In this document: positions 1 through 9,966 of the stretch, piece after piece
How positions within the stretch are numbered: the first letter of the stretch is position 1
Layout: each line of letters starts with the position of its first letter
From: an uncultured Spirochaetota bacterium
Lineage (GTDB): Bacteria; Spirochaetota; Spirochaetia; SZUA-6; Fen-1364
Length of the DNA: 64,000 nt
Assembly: GCA_963734545.1 (NCBI GenBank)
Contig: CAVTHO010000007.1
Coordinates: 962,010 to 1,026,009 of the forward strand
Direction: 5' to 3'
Notes under the pieces: generated by a model
Database searches by the model: none
Seen by the model: only the letters and a program-made list of their open reading frames with translations
What the model was told of the DNA's origin: nothing
Translations under genes and position numbers: made by a program

Positions 1-107
1 GCCTGGCCGTCCTTCCGACATCCATGTCTCGGACGGCCCTTGCGCATCCTGTGCCTGGCCGTCCTTCCGACATCCATGTCTCGGACGGCCCTTGCGCATC
101 CATGCGC
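1..107. repeat. Two tandem 52-bp units of a double-hairpin repeat (family A); array may continue left of the window
   Basis: Unit GCCTGGCCGTCCTTCCGACATCCATGTCTCGGACGGCCCTTGCGCATCC at 1 and 53; stems GGCCGTCC/GGACGGCC, GACA-TCCA-TGTC, GCGCA-TCCA-TGCGC. Confidence 0.9.
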
Positions 108-191
108 CGGAGTGGTGGAATTGGCAGACACAGGGGACTTAAAATCCCCTGCCTCGCAAGGGGCGTACGGGTTCGACCCCCGTCTCCGGCA
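106..191 (+). tRNA. tRNA-Leu(TAA)
   Basis: Acceptor GCCGGAG/CTCCGGC, anticodon arm GGGGA-CTTAAAA-TCCCC, long variable arm, GTTCGA T-loop; no encoded CCA. Confidence 0.95.
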
Positions 192-215
192 GTATATTAC
201 CAGGGAGGAGACCAC

Positions 216-410
216 ATGGCGGACAGAATCGGTGAGTTTCTTGTTCAGATTGGCGCGATGTCCGACTCCCAGGTAATCATCGTGATCAACCATCAGAAGG
301 CGGGTGACCAGCGTCTCTTCGGCGAAATCGCCATGGAGCTCGGCTACCTTGCCGACAACGAGCCGATCGACAAGTTTCTCGAATACCAGGAGAAGCGGCT
401 CGGCGACTGA
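216..410 (+). CDS. Stand-alone MshEN-like (putative c-di-GMP-binding) protein, 64 aa
   Basis: GGAGGAG RBS; RIGEFLVQIGAMSDSQVIIVINHQ and RLFGEIAMELGYL resemble the tandem MshEN motif. Confidence 0.7.
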   Translation: MADRIGEFLVQIGAMSDSQVIIVINHQKAGDQRLFGEIAMELGYLADNEPIDKFLEYQEKRLGD

Positions 411-1693
411 TCTGTGCCGGGCGTCTCAGAGCGCAGATCCGCCGGTCCCGCTCCTCCCGGCTTCGTGCGCGCCAGCTCGGCAACAAGCTCCTCATACGCC
501 AGGACCGGCGCCTTCCTGCACAGGTCTTCGAAAAGCGCTCTCCCCTCGTGTGAAAAGAAGCTGCGCGGTACGTCTCCGGGTCCCGACGCGAGGACGATCA
601 AGCGTCGCGCGCGTGCCGCGAGGCTCAGGTTGCCCTGGTTGCCGGGGCCTACCGGAAACGAGCAGAGGACCGTGATATCCGCGGCCTCGACCAGACCTGC
701 CGCGTGCAGGACTTCTTCTTCACCGATCCGGGAAAACGCGCCGACCCTCGAACAGTCGATGCCAAGGTTCCTCCAGAGCCGCTCGTCCGAATCATGCTCA
801 TGGGCGATGCCGCCGCTGAGGACATAGCCCAGGCGATGCAGCTCGCGCGTAAGGTTCACTGCGCTGCCGGCTCCCCCGATGAGGTGGACCCGCGCGCCGC
901 TGACTCCCGCCCGCCAGGGGAGGACCGTCACGGTGAGGCTTCCCGTTGCCATGCTGGGCGACACCAGGGTGCGCACCGCATAGACGCGGTCGAGAATCTC
1001 GCTGCGCAGCACCTCGTCCGGCCTGCCGTCGGCGGCCACCCTGCCTTTCTCCAGAAGGAGCAGGCGCGAGCAGTACTGCGCGGCAACACCCAGGTTGTGC
1101 ACGGAGGTGAGCACGGCACGCTTCTCCCCGGCCAGCTCCTGCGCCATCGAGAAGATTCTGTCCTGGTGTTTGATGTCGAGGTTCGAGCTCGGCTCGTCGA
1201 GGACCAGAGTCTCCGTATCCTGCACCAGCGCCTTGGCAAACAGGACGAGCTGCCGTTCTCCACCTGAAAGCTCGCCGAAACCGCGGTCCTCGAGCCCCGA
1301 GAGGCCGACGTAGGACAGGGTACGCCGCGCCTTCTCGTGATCTTCCGCGCTCTCCTGCTCGAATCTGCCCAGATGAGGGTAGCGCCCCATCAGGAGGATC
1401 TCCATCACGGTGAACGGGAAGCTCTGCGCGGTTTCCTGGCTCATGAATGCCAGCTTGCGCGCCCGTGCGCGGGCATCCATTGCGGCAAGGTCCCGGCCGT
1501 CCAGGTACACCGTGCCCTCGCTCGGGGCAAGGAGCCCCGCCAGCAGACGCAGAAGCGTCGTCTTGCCCGCGCCGTTGGGACCGATCACGCCGACGAGCTC
1601 GCCCCGATCGACGGAAAGGTCGATGTTTTCGACGATCGTCGCCCCGCCGATCCTCCAGCCCAGGCTCCGTGTCTGCAGCAGGGCGTCCGTCAC
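344..1693 (-). CDS. Iron-complex/cobalamin ABC transporter ATPase with C-terminal extension
   Basis: GPNGAGKT, LSGGERQ, LDEP; ~190-aa extra domain starting RVHLIGGAGS; 3' end overlaps the MshEN ORF, so the stop is uncertain. Confidence 0.88.
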   Translation of the reverse strand: MTDALLQTRSLGWRIGGATIVENIDLSVDRGELVGVIGPNGAGKTTLLRLLAGLLAPSEGTVYLDGRDLAAMDARARARKLAFMSQETAQSFPFTVMEILLMGRYPHLGRFEQESAEDHEKARRTLSYVGLSGLEDRGFGELSGGERQLVLFAKALVQDTETLVLDEPSSNLDIKHQDRIFSMAQELAGEKRAVLTSVHNLGVAAQYCSRLLLLEKGRVAADGRPDEVLRSEILDRVYAVRTLVSPSMATGSLTVTVLPWRAGVSGARVHLIGGAGSAVNLTRELHRLGYVLSGGIAHEHDSDERLWRNLGIDCSRVGAFSRIGEEEVLHAAGLVEAADITVLCSFPVGPGNQGNLSLAARARRLIVLASGPGDVPRSFFSHEGRALFEDLCRKAPVLAYEELVAELARTKPGGAGPADLRSETPGTDQSPSRFSWYSRNLSIGSLSAR

Positions 1694-2724
1694 TGGATCC
1701 CCCGCACGCCGCGCCGCTGGGTCCTGACGATCAGGCTCAGCAGGTAGGGGCTGCCGAGTATGGCGGTGATGATCCCGACGCGGACCTCGAACGGCGGGGC
1801 GATCGATCTGCCCAGCAGGTCGCAGACCGTGAGAAACAGCGCACCGCCGAGGGCGGAGGCGGGTATGAGCGTCCGATGATCAGCCCCGACGAGGAATCGA
1901 AAGAAATGAGGGACCAGGAGACCGACAAACCCTATCGGCCCTGCCACCGAAATCGCCATCCCTGTCATGATGGCCGAGAGAGCGAGAAGCAGGCGTTTGG
2001 TCCTCTCGACCCTCATGCCGAGCGAATGGGCGTTCTCCTCGCCCAGCGTGAAAAGATTCAGCTCCCGGGAGAACAGGCCGAGCACAATCATGCCGGGTAT
2101 CAGCACAGGGGCAGCAAAGAGAATGTGCTGCCAGCTCCTGCCGTCCAGGCCTCCCATGGTCCAGAAGAGAAACTGGCTAACTTCGTACTCACGGGAAATC
2201 AGCAGCAGAGCGGAAGTCAGCCCGTTCAGGAGGGATGCAACGGCCATGCCCGCGATGATGATGAAGAGAAGCGAGGTCGTGCCCCGGGACGTGGACAGCA
2301 GATAGATGAACGCGGAAGAAAGCAGGGCGCCGGCCACGGTGAGCACGGGAAGGCCGAAAAGCGAAAGGGAGGCGACACCGGATGTGATTGCGACGACCGC
2401 CCCGAGACTGCCGCCCGCGGAGATCCCGAGGATTTCCGGGCTCGCCATGGGATTTCGGAACAGCCCCTGCATCACCACGCCGCACACGGCAAGCGCGGAA
2501 CCGACAAGCATCGCGGCGAGCACGCGGGGCAGGCGCAGAAAGAGGATGATGGTGATGTCCTGTTGATCGGGCAGGGCGATGGATCGGAAGCCGAGGTGGT
2601 GGAGAAGGTACCTGAGGAATGAGAGCGGGGCAACAGGCACGGCGCCGAGCGCGACCGCCACGCCGAGCGAGGCCACGAGCAGGAGAGAGAGAACCAGGAT
2701 TGTGAGGGCTTTTCTTTTTTTCAC
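1690..2724 (-). CDS. FecCD/BtuC-family ABC permease
   Basis: LRLPR, QGLFRNPMASP, GEENAHSLG, GFVGLLVPH; GTG start chosen downstream of the promoter. Confidence 0.92.
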   Translation of the reverse strand: MKKRKALTILVLSLLLVASLGVAVALGAVPVAPLSFLRYLLHHLGFRSIALPDQQDITIILFLRLPRVLAAMLVGSALAVCGVVMQGLFRNPMASPEILGISAGGSLGAVVAITSGVASLSLFGLPVLTVAGALLSSAFIYLLSTSRGTTSLLFIIIAGMAVASLLNGLTSALLLISREYEVSQFLFWTMGGLDGRSWQHILFAAPVLIPGMIVLGLFSRELNLFTLGEENAHSLGMRVERTKRLLLALSAIMTGMAISVAGPIGFVGLLVPHFFRFLVGADHRTLIPASALGGALFLTVCDLLGRSIAPPFEVRVGIITAILGSPYLLSLIVRTQRRGVRGIQ

Positions 2725-2749
2725 TTCGCCGTTCGCGCGGACCGCGCAC

Positions 2750-2779
2750 ACTATAGCCAGGCGCATCGTCCGCTGTCAA
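2750..2779 (-). promoter_or_regulatory. Sigma70-type promoter for the ABC importer
   Basis: TTGACA-18 nt-TATAGT. Confidence 0.55.
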
Positions 2780-2844
2780 CGCGGGGTACCGACATTCGCC
2801 TCCGCCGCTTGCGCTTGACGGGGGAAACGGGTACATAGGTAGGC

Positions 2845-3040
2845 ATGGACTGCGTGAACCACGTACAAAACGTGAAAAGGTGCTCCTGCACCTATGAGGG
2901 CTGCAGCGCGGCACGGCATCTGCTGCGACTGCATCGCCTATCATCGATCCCTCGCTGAACTGCCGGGCTGTCTCTTCACCGGCGACGAGGAGAGAACATA
3001 CGACCGCAGCGTCTCATACTACGTGAGCCGCCGGCGGTAG
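2845..3040 (+). CDS. Small Cys-rich protein (DUF6485-like), one frameshift near 2910
   Basis: [21 protein letters not shown] / [22 protein letters not shown]...EERTYDRS; absent from the ORF track. Confidence 0.7.
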
Positions 3041-3046
3041 TCTCGC

Positions 3047-3632
3047 GTGCTCGACCTGGTCATCCTGTCTCTGGGATTTCTCATCCACCTGTGGGCCCTG
3101 CCCTACACGTTCAAGAATCTCTTCATCGATTCACTCGTTCGATTCGTGCAGCTCGGCTTTGGCGTCGCGATCCTCGTCACGCTGGACCCGCGCGTCCTGC
3201 TGCCCAGTCCCTTTGGCCTCATCACCGGTCGTAGGCGTGGGGGTCGCGTGTTTCGCGTTCCAGATCGTGTGGAACAAGGGCGTGGCTCTGCGCGCCGGAT
3301 CGCTTACCAGGAGCTTCGTCGCCTCACAGCTGCTCATTCTTTTCTTCCACATTCCCGCGGAAGAGATATTCTACCGCGGAGTCTTCTTCACGCTCCTCAG
3401 CGCCGTCTGGGGGCCATTCACCGCTCTCGTGATCTCCACCGCGCTGTCCACGATGATCGCAGTGGTCTCGAGCCGGAAGCCGATCAAGTGGCTGGGCGCG
3501 GGACTCGTCGGAATCCTGTGCGGGCTGGGGTACTACTGGTCCCAGAGCATCTGGGCGCCCGTGCTCATCCACATCCTGAACGACTGCGGGTTCGACACGC
3601 TGAACGAACAGCGGAACCTTTTCGAGACCTAG
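3047..3632 (+). CDS. CPBP/CAAX (Abi) intramembrane glutamic protease, frameshifted
   Basis: EEIFYRG and HILND motifs; hydrophobic; split over two frames. Confidence 0.8.
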
Positions 3633-4465
3633 CCCACCGCGCCGGACACGGCGGCCGGCGATCCCGCGAACAGCCACGTGACCGCGTCCTGCAGGAGACG
3701 CGAGAGCACGACCACCTGCATGTTCCCCCCTGATTTCTCGATGGTCTTCTGGAACGTGGCAGGCGTGTGCCGGACCTTGAGCTTTTCCCGCATGGCAGCC
3801 ACCTTCGTTTCAAGGGCCGCGTCATCCTTTGCGAGGACGTCCAGCAGGTATAATGTCAGGAGGAGGAGGACCTCGTCGGAAACCGTCTCTGCGAGGGCGG
3901 CGAGCTCTTTTTTCGCCTCGCCCGCCTCTTTCATCTGAAGGAGGCTGAAGGCATGGTTCCACCGCACCCAGTCGCGGTCCGCCACGCGAGGCGAGTCGAG
4001 AAGACCGCGGAAAAAATTCTCGGGGTCCTTGGGATCCTTGGCGAGGAGATGGGGTATGCCGAACTGAAGGCTGAACCGCCGTATCGCTCCCGGCTTCTTT
4101 TCCGCCAGATAAGCTTCAAGGGCGAGAATTCCTTCCGTATTAGAGGTCACGAGGTAGGTATTCAACAGCAGGCGCACGTGCGCCTGCAGCACTCTGCCCT
4201 TCCGGAAGATGCGCTGCTCGAGGAAGCCGGCTACTCCCGCCCAGTCCTCCCGCTCCAGTCCGCGGAACAACCGCCAGTTCAGCAGGAAATACACGTCCAC
4301 TCCGCCAAGGGTGAGGATGAACACGATTGCAATCGGCCAATTGCGTGACCAGAACAGACTGAACCAGTCTCTCCCCAGAAGGAGCAGGGGGGTGAAAAAG
4401 ATGACGAGGAACGCCAGCGCGAGCACGACGTTGAGCAGGATAAATATGGCTTTCATTTTCATCAA
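3629..4465 (-). CDS. Hypothetical protein with two N-terminal TM helices and a helical C-terminal domain
   Basis: 278-aa ORF with upstream promoter. Confidence 0.75.
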   Translation of the reverse strand: MMKMKAIFILLNVVLALAFLVIFFTPLLLLGRDWFSLFWSRNWPIAIVFILTLGGVDVYFLLNWRLFRGLEREDWAGVAGFLEQRIFRKGRVLQAHVRLLLNTYLVTSNTEGILALEAYLAEKKPGAIRRFSLQFGIPHLLAKDPKDPENFFRGLLDSPRVADRDWVRWNHAFSLLQMKEAGEAKKELAALAETVSDEVLLLLTLYLLDVLAKDDAALETKVAAMREKLKVRHTPATFQKTIEKSGGNMQVVVLSRLLQDAVTWLFAGSPAAVSGAVG

Positions 4466-4486
4466 AAACCCCTATAATAGGGCAGT

Positions 4487-4515
4487 ATAGTAGGGGAAAT
4501 CGCAGCGCCAGTCAA
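4487..4515 (-). promoter_or_regulatory. Sigma70-type promoter
   Basis: TTGACT-17 nt-TACTAT. Confidence 0.55.
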
Positions 4516-4555
4516 AGGGGCTCCCCAGGGAAGGAATCGTGAAGGGCCATATGGC

Positions 4556-5719
4556 ATGAAGAGCATATCGTTGTCCGAGCTGGTGCCCAGCGAATACTTC
4601 GATCATCCGGTTTACCTTGACCAGACCTATATTCTCCTCACCCCCGATTCACCGGTCACGCCGGAGCTGTTGAAGCGACTGCAGAAGTGGAAGTTCCAGG
4701 AGGTCTTTACCGAAGGGGCCACCAAGGACGTTCCCGGCTATCTCTCGGGTTCCAAGCAGAGCGGCGTGGCACCCCAGACGATCGATGAAGACATCCACGA
4801 AACCAGGCAGCTGGCAGCCGCGCAGAAGTTCTACAATGAGCTCACCAACTTTGCCACGGTCCTTTTTGTCAAGTATGTTGCGGACGGGGTCCTGAACCTT
4901 GCCGATGTCACCGATTGGGTGAAGAAGGCCATGCAGATGGTCCATGACAACCGTGACTATCTGCTGAGGTTTCTGGAGGTGGGCGCTGACAGCGAGCGTT
5001 ATCTCATCACGCACTCGGTGAACACGACAATACTCGCACTGGCTGTTGGCGACTACATGAAGACGCCCCCGCACAGGCTTATCGAGCTGGGCAACGCCTG
5101 CCTGCTGCACGAAATCGGCATGTACAAGCTCCCCCCGGAGCTCCGACATTCATCCAAGGTGCTCAGTCCTGAGGAGCGCAAGCTCCTGAGCGCGCACACG
5201 ATCCTGGGCTACCGGGTTCTCAAGGGATTCTCGGCGCCCGAAAATGTCGCGCTGGCGGCCCTCGAGCACCATGAGAGAATCGACGGCTCGGGCTATCCTC
5301 GCAAGCTCACCGCACCCAAGATCACCGACTATGCCCTCATCATCGGCGTGGCCTGCTCCTATGACGCCATGATGTCCAAGCGTCCTTTCCGGCCGGGCAC
5401 GCTGGACGGTCACGCCACAATCAGGGATCTCGCGCAGAAAAACAAGAAACAGTACGACGAAAAGATACTGAAAGCTCTCGTGTACACTCTCTCCGTGTAT
5501 CCGGTGGGAACGGGTGTCCAGCTGTCGAATAACAGCAAGGGCATCGTATTGAGAACGGACCCGGCAAAGCCGCGCTGTCCGATTGTCAAGGTGATCTTCG
5601 ATCCGGACGGCAAAAGGCTTGCCGAGCCGCCGCTCATCCAGGTGTCGGAGAATCAGGGCCTCACCATCACGGGCGTGCTCAGCGCTGACGAAGCCAAGCT
5701 CATCAAGGGAATGGCATGA
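4556..5719 (+). CDS. HD-GYP domain protein (c-di-GMP phosphodiesterase family)
   Basis: THSVN, LLHEIG (HD changed to HE), HHERIDGSGYP, YDAMMSKRPF. Confidence 0.9.
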   Translation: MKSISLSELVPSEYFDHPVYLDQTYILLTPDSPVTPELLKRLQKWKFQEVFTEGATKDVPGYLSGSKQSGVAPQTIDEDIHETRQLAAAQKFYNELTNFATVLFVKYVADGVLNLADVTDWVKKAMQMVHDNRDYLLRFLEVGADSERYLITHSVNTTILALAVGDYMKTPPHRLIELGNACLLHEIGMYKLPPELRHSSKVLSPEERKLLSAHTILGYRVLKGFSAPENVALAALEHHERIDGSGYPRKLTAPKITDYALIIGVACSYDAMMSKRPFRPGTLDGHATIRDLAQKNKKQYDEKILKALVYTLSVYPVGTGVQLSNNSKGIVLRTDPAKPRCPIVKVIFDPDGKRLAEPPLIQVSENQGLTITGVLSADEAKLIKGMA

Positions 5720-7377
5720 ACATCCGCGTCACGTTCCCCGGCGGGCAGTCACGAGACTACCCCGCCGGCACCGCCGTCAGCGAGGTTGTCAAAGACCCCG
5801 CTTTCCCGCAATCGTCGCTCCCGGTCGTCGCCGCACTGCTGAACAACGAGGTCGTCAGTCTCCACCACGCACTCACCGTGAACTGCCGGGCGGCGCCCGT
5901 GGATCTTGGAACCAAGGCGGGGCTCGCCATCTACAGGCGTTCCCTGTGCCTTCTGCTCGCCATGGCCGTCACCGCGGGCTTTTCCGAAGCGCCGACTGAT
6001 CATCGGCCATTCCCTGGGAGACGGCTACTTCTATCATTTCGACGGCATGGAGACCGTCCCGCGTGATGACCTGCTGCGAATCGAGGCCGCAATGCGCGAG
6101 ATCGTGGCAAAGGACATGCCTATCCGTTCACTCTCGCTCTCCTACGGGGAGGCGATCGAGTACTTCGAAAAACACAACCAGCCGGACACGCTGCTGCTCC
6201 TCAAGAACCGCAACGACCCCGCGATCGCCGTCCACTCCTGCGACGGCTTCCTCGACCTGTCCCACGGCCCGCTGGTGCCTTCCACAGGCGTCTTGTCGGT
6301 CTTTGCTCTCCTGGGCTACCCGCCCGGTTTTCTCCTTCGCTATCCCCCGCGGGACAACCCGATGCACCTCGGCCAGTTCGTCGAGAATCCCGTGCTCTTC
6401 TCCATCTACCGGGAATACAAGAACTGGGGAAAGATCCTGCGGGTCGGCTCGGTCGGCCGGCTCGACGAGCTGATCCGCGAGGGCGGCATCCAGGAGTTCA
6501 TCCAGGTGGCGGAGGCCCTGCAGGACAAGAAAATCGCGGAGATCGCGGACAGGATCAACGAGAAGAGGGACGAGGTGAAGCTGGTCCTGATTGCCGGGCC
6601 CTCCTCGTCGGGGAAGACGACCTTTTCCAAGAAGCTCACGATCCAGCTTCGCGTGGTGGGCCGCAATCCCGTGACCATCTCTCTTGATGACTATTTCAAG
6701 CCTCAATCGCTTACCCCGAAGGACGAGGAAGGAAAGCCGGACTTCGAGTCGATCGACGCCCTGGATGTGGAGCTTCTCAATGACGAACCTCGTGCGCCTG
6801 CTGAGGAACGAGGAGATCGAAACACCCGTCTTCGATTTCCACGCGGGAGCGCGCAAGCCAACGGGCAGGCAAATGAAGCTTCCCGATCGCGCCATCCTCA
6901 TCCTCGAGGGCATTCACGGGCTGAACGACGCGCTGACTCCGCTGGTGGAGAGACGAAGCAAGCACAAGATCTATGTCTCCGCGCTCACGCAGCTCAACCT
7001 CGACGACCACAACAGGATCGCCACAACGGACAACCGGCTCATCCGGAGGATGGTGCGTGACAGCCAGTTCCGCGGCCACTCCGGCTTGAAGACCCTTTCC
7101 ATGTGGCCGTCAGTGCGGCGGGGCGAAGACAGAAACATATTTCCCTTCCAGAACACGGCGGATTCGGCATTCAATTCCGCGCTCGACTACGAGCTGGCCG
7201 TCCTGAAAGTCTACGCGGAGCCTCTCCTTGCCTCGGTGAAACCGGACGTCGGCGGAGTACCAGGATGCGCGCATCCTGCTCTCGTTCCTCTCGAACTTCG
7301 CGCCGCTCCATCCCCGCTGGGTGCCCGCCACCTCGATCCTGCGGGAGTTCATCGGAGAGAGCGAGTTCAAGTACTGA
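5716..7377 (+). CDS. Nucleoside/uridine kinase with ThrRS-like N-terminal domains, frameshifted
   Basis: TGS-like N-terminus, IAGPSSSGKTT, LDDYF, EGIHGLN, RLIRRMVRD; about three frameshifts. Confidence 0.85.
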
Positions 7378-7382
7378 AGGCC

Positions 7383-8855
7383 CTACGCGAGCTCCACCAT
7401 CTGCCCCGGTGAGGGCACGACCGCGTTCCAGCCCTTTGTCTCTTCCAGCGTCGTGCGGAAGGCCTCCGCAACTTTCGGCTCCCCGTGGATGATGAAGGCC
7501 TGCCGCGGCTTGCTCTTCAGGCGGGACGCCCAGCGGAGAAGCTCGTCCCTGTCCGCGTGAGCCGAGAATCCCTCGATGCGGGCGATGCGCGCCTTGACGG
7601 GGACGATCTCTCCGAAGATGCGGACCTGCCTGGCGCCGTCCACGATCTGCCTGCCAAGGGTTCCCTCGGCCTGATAGCCGACGAATAGTATGGTGCTTTC
7701 AGGCCGCGCGATATTGTGCATGAGGTGGTGCTTGATGCGCCCGCCCGTGCACATTCCCGAGCCGGCGATGACGATGACGCTGCCGGAGATCCGGTTGATG
7801 GCCTTGGAGTCCTCGACGCTTCTTGCCATCACAAGACCGCGCAGGTCGAAGGGCGAGCGATTCTGCGAGATGAGGGTGCGCATCTCCTGATCGAAAAACT
7901 CCGGGTAGTGCCGGTAGACGTCGGTCACCTTTGTCGCCATCGGGCTGTCGAGAAAAACGAGCAGATGGGGGATGCTGTCCCCCTGTAGAAGCGCGCTCAG
8001 GTAGTACAGGACCTCCTGGGAGCGCTCGATCGCAAAGCTGGGGATGACCACATTTCCCCCCGCTGCGACCGTGCTGGTCACGATGCTCTGCAGGGATTTT
8101 CCGATCTCCGCCTCGTCGCCGTGCAGCCTGTCGCCGTAGGTGGATTCCATGAGGACGTAGTCCGCCTCGTCGCACGGATCGGGATCCTTGAGGATGGGCC
8201 TGTCCCATCGACCGATGTCACCGGAGAACAGAACCGTGCGCGCGGAGCCGTTGTGCCGCGCCCGCACGCGGATGGACGCCGAGCCGAGGATGTGTCCCGC
8301 TTCGAAGAACTCCGCCTCGAACCCGCCGGCCACCGCGACGGTCTCTCCGTAGCCGACCGTCCGGAAAAGGGAGGCGGCAGCCTCGGCGTCCTTCTCGGTG
8401 TACAGGGGAGCGAGAGGATGAGGGCTGACCCTGTTCTCCTTCTGATGTCTCTTCCTCTTCTGCTCCACGTCCTCTGTCTGCAGCCGGGCCGAATCGAGCA
8501 TGACGATCTTCGCGATTTCCGCGGTGGGAGCCGTTGCATAGATGTCTCCCTTGAATCCGTCGCGCACCAGCCGCGGAAGCAGGCCGCAGTGATCCAGGTG
8601 CGCGTGCGTGAGGAGCACCGCGTCAATGCGATCGGGGGCTACGGGAAATGGCTCCCAGTTCCTCGATTGCATGTCCCGCTCCTGGGACAGGCCGCAGTCC
8701 ACCAGGACCCGGGTTTCACCCGCTTCCAGCAGGAAACGGGAACCGGTCACGCTCCTGGCCGCACCGAGGAAGCTCAGACGGAGCGCGCCGCCGTTTTCGG
8801 GGGAGTTTGCCTTGCCGCGCTCGGCGGATTCTGATCCTTGTGACTTCGAGCCCAT
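7383..8855 (-). CDS. MBL-fold beta-CASP ribonuclease
   Basis: THAHLDH, AGHILGS, MESTYGDR, FSAHAD, HGE. Confidence 0.93.
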   Translation of the reverse strand: MGSKSQGSESAERGKANSPENGGALRLSFLGAARSVTGSRFLLEAGETRVLVDCGLSQERDMQSRNWEPFPVAPDRIDAVLLTHAHLDHCGLLPRLVRDGFKGDIYATAPTAEIAKIVMLDSARLQTEDVEQKRKRHQKENRVSPHPLAPLYTEKDAEAAASLFRTVGYGETVAVAGGFEAEFFEAGHILGSASIRVRARHNGSARTVLFSGDIGRWDRPILKDPDPCDEADYVLMESTYGDRLHGDEAEIGKSLQSIVTSTVAAGGNVVIPSFAIERSQEVLYYLSALLQGDSIPHLLVFLDSPMATKVTDVYRHYPEFFDQEMRTLISQNRSPFDLRGLVMARSVEDSKAINRISGSVIVIAGSGMCTGGRIKHHLMHNIARPESTILFVGYQAEGTLGRQIVDGARQVRIFGEIVPVKARIARIEGFSAHADRDELLRWASRLKSKPRQAFIIHGEPKVAEAFRTTLEETKGWNAVVPSPGQMVELA

Positions 8856-9295
8856 GGGTCAGCCCTCCATTGGCCGGGATGCTTGAGACCGGGATGCGCG
8901 GCTCTGCAGAGCGGTCGCTCCAGGCGACATTTCTCGTTTGCGGGCAAAACGCCGAGAGCCGCGGAAGCGCGCCTTGCCCATATGCGGTAGCGTTGAACGT
9001 ATCCGCAGCCCTCCGGCAGCCAGCGCACGAACAGGGCATGCCGGAGGGTCATCCTGCGGCACGGGGAGCAGGTCTTGAAGCGCTTCTCGTAGACGGTGCA
9101 GGTCCGCGTGGCGGTGTCCAGGTAGACGCAGGGACGGCTGTGGTTCGTGACCGCAGTCAATCCGCGCATCTCCTTTTCATAGCAGCACTGGCCGCAGCGC
9201 CGGCAGAGTGCCTCCCACCGGGCGCGCCGCTTCCGCGAGTATCCGGCGCACGCGCTCAGCGAATCAATCCGCGCCTCTCCTCCGTCGGTCGGCAA
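8774..9295 (-). CDS. YkgJ/UPF0260-like CxxCxxCC cysteine-cluster protein
   Basis: WEALCRRCGQCC...CVYLD...CTVYEKR; ends uncertain. Confidence 0.7.
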   Translation of the reverse strand: MPTDGGEARIDSLSACAGYSRKRRARWEALCRRCGQCCYEKEMRGLTAVTNHSRPCVYLDTATRTCTVYEKRFKTCSPCRRMTLRHALFVRWLPEGCGYVQRYRIWARRASAALGVLPANEKCRLERPLCRAAHPGLKHPGQWRADPWARSHKDQNPPSAARQTPPKTAARSV

Positions 9296-9966
9296 AAAGG
9301 ATCCACAGGGGGATCAGGAGGCCTGCAAGCAGCAGCACGACCGGCCACAGGATGCTCCACCGGGCCAGAAGAATGCCCAGCAGGTAGAGGAAGGACGCTG
9401 AAGCGATGAGAGCGCCGACGAGAAGACTCCATCGCATGCGCTGCTTCTGGACCGAGTACAGCCAGATCACGAGGAAGGCAATACCCAGGAAGAGCAGGGG
9501 AGCCACGGGATGCCAGCCGATGACCGGGTATCGACTTCCCATCGCCACCCAGACGGCGAGGCCCGATGAACACCCCCGAAGGGATCAGCACCCACCAGTG
9601 CCCGCGGCGGAAGTAGAACAGGGTGAGAAAGGTCAGCGCGAAGCCCAGGGAGAAGAGACTGGCGGAGTCGAGACTGAAGAACCTGTTCCAGCCGAAGACG
9701 AGCGTCACGATGCCCACGGTGAGAAATGCTCCCGCCGGGATCACGAACCAGGTGAGCCATCGCCCCGCGCCCGAGAAGAACAGGAAGATGAGACCGATCA
9801 TGAAGAAGAGGATACCCAGCACGCGCGGCAGGACGAACTCGCTCGCGGGGACCAGCTTGAAGTTGACGAGAAGGAAGAACACCCCGCTCACGATCATGGC
9901 AAAACCGACGAAGTCGGTCCGCCAGAAGAGGATTCGAAACCTGGCCTCCCCCTTACGCTCTTTCAT
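9264..9966 (-). CDS. Multi-pass membrane protein, frameshifted near 9560
   Basis: Continuous hydrophobic helices across two ORFs. Confidence 0.7.

Noticed and set aside
1-107. CRISPR array (also considered at 39026-39134 and 48109-48188)
   Set aside because: Units are head-to-tail or inverted with no unique spacers, few copies, and no cas genes
106-410. Genomic island integrated at tRNA-Leu
   Set aside because: No integrase and no duplicated tRNA 3' end noticed; downstream genes look native
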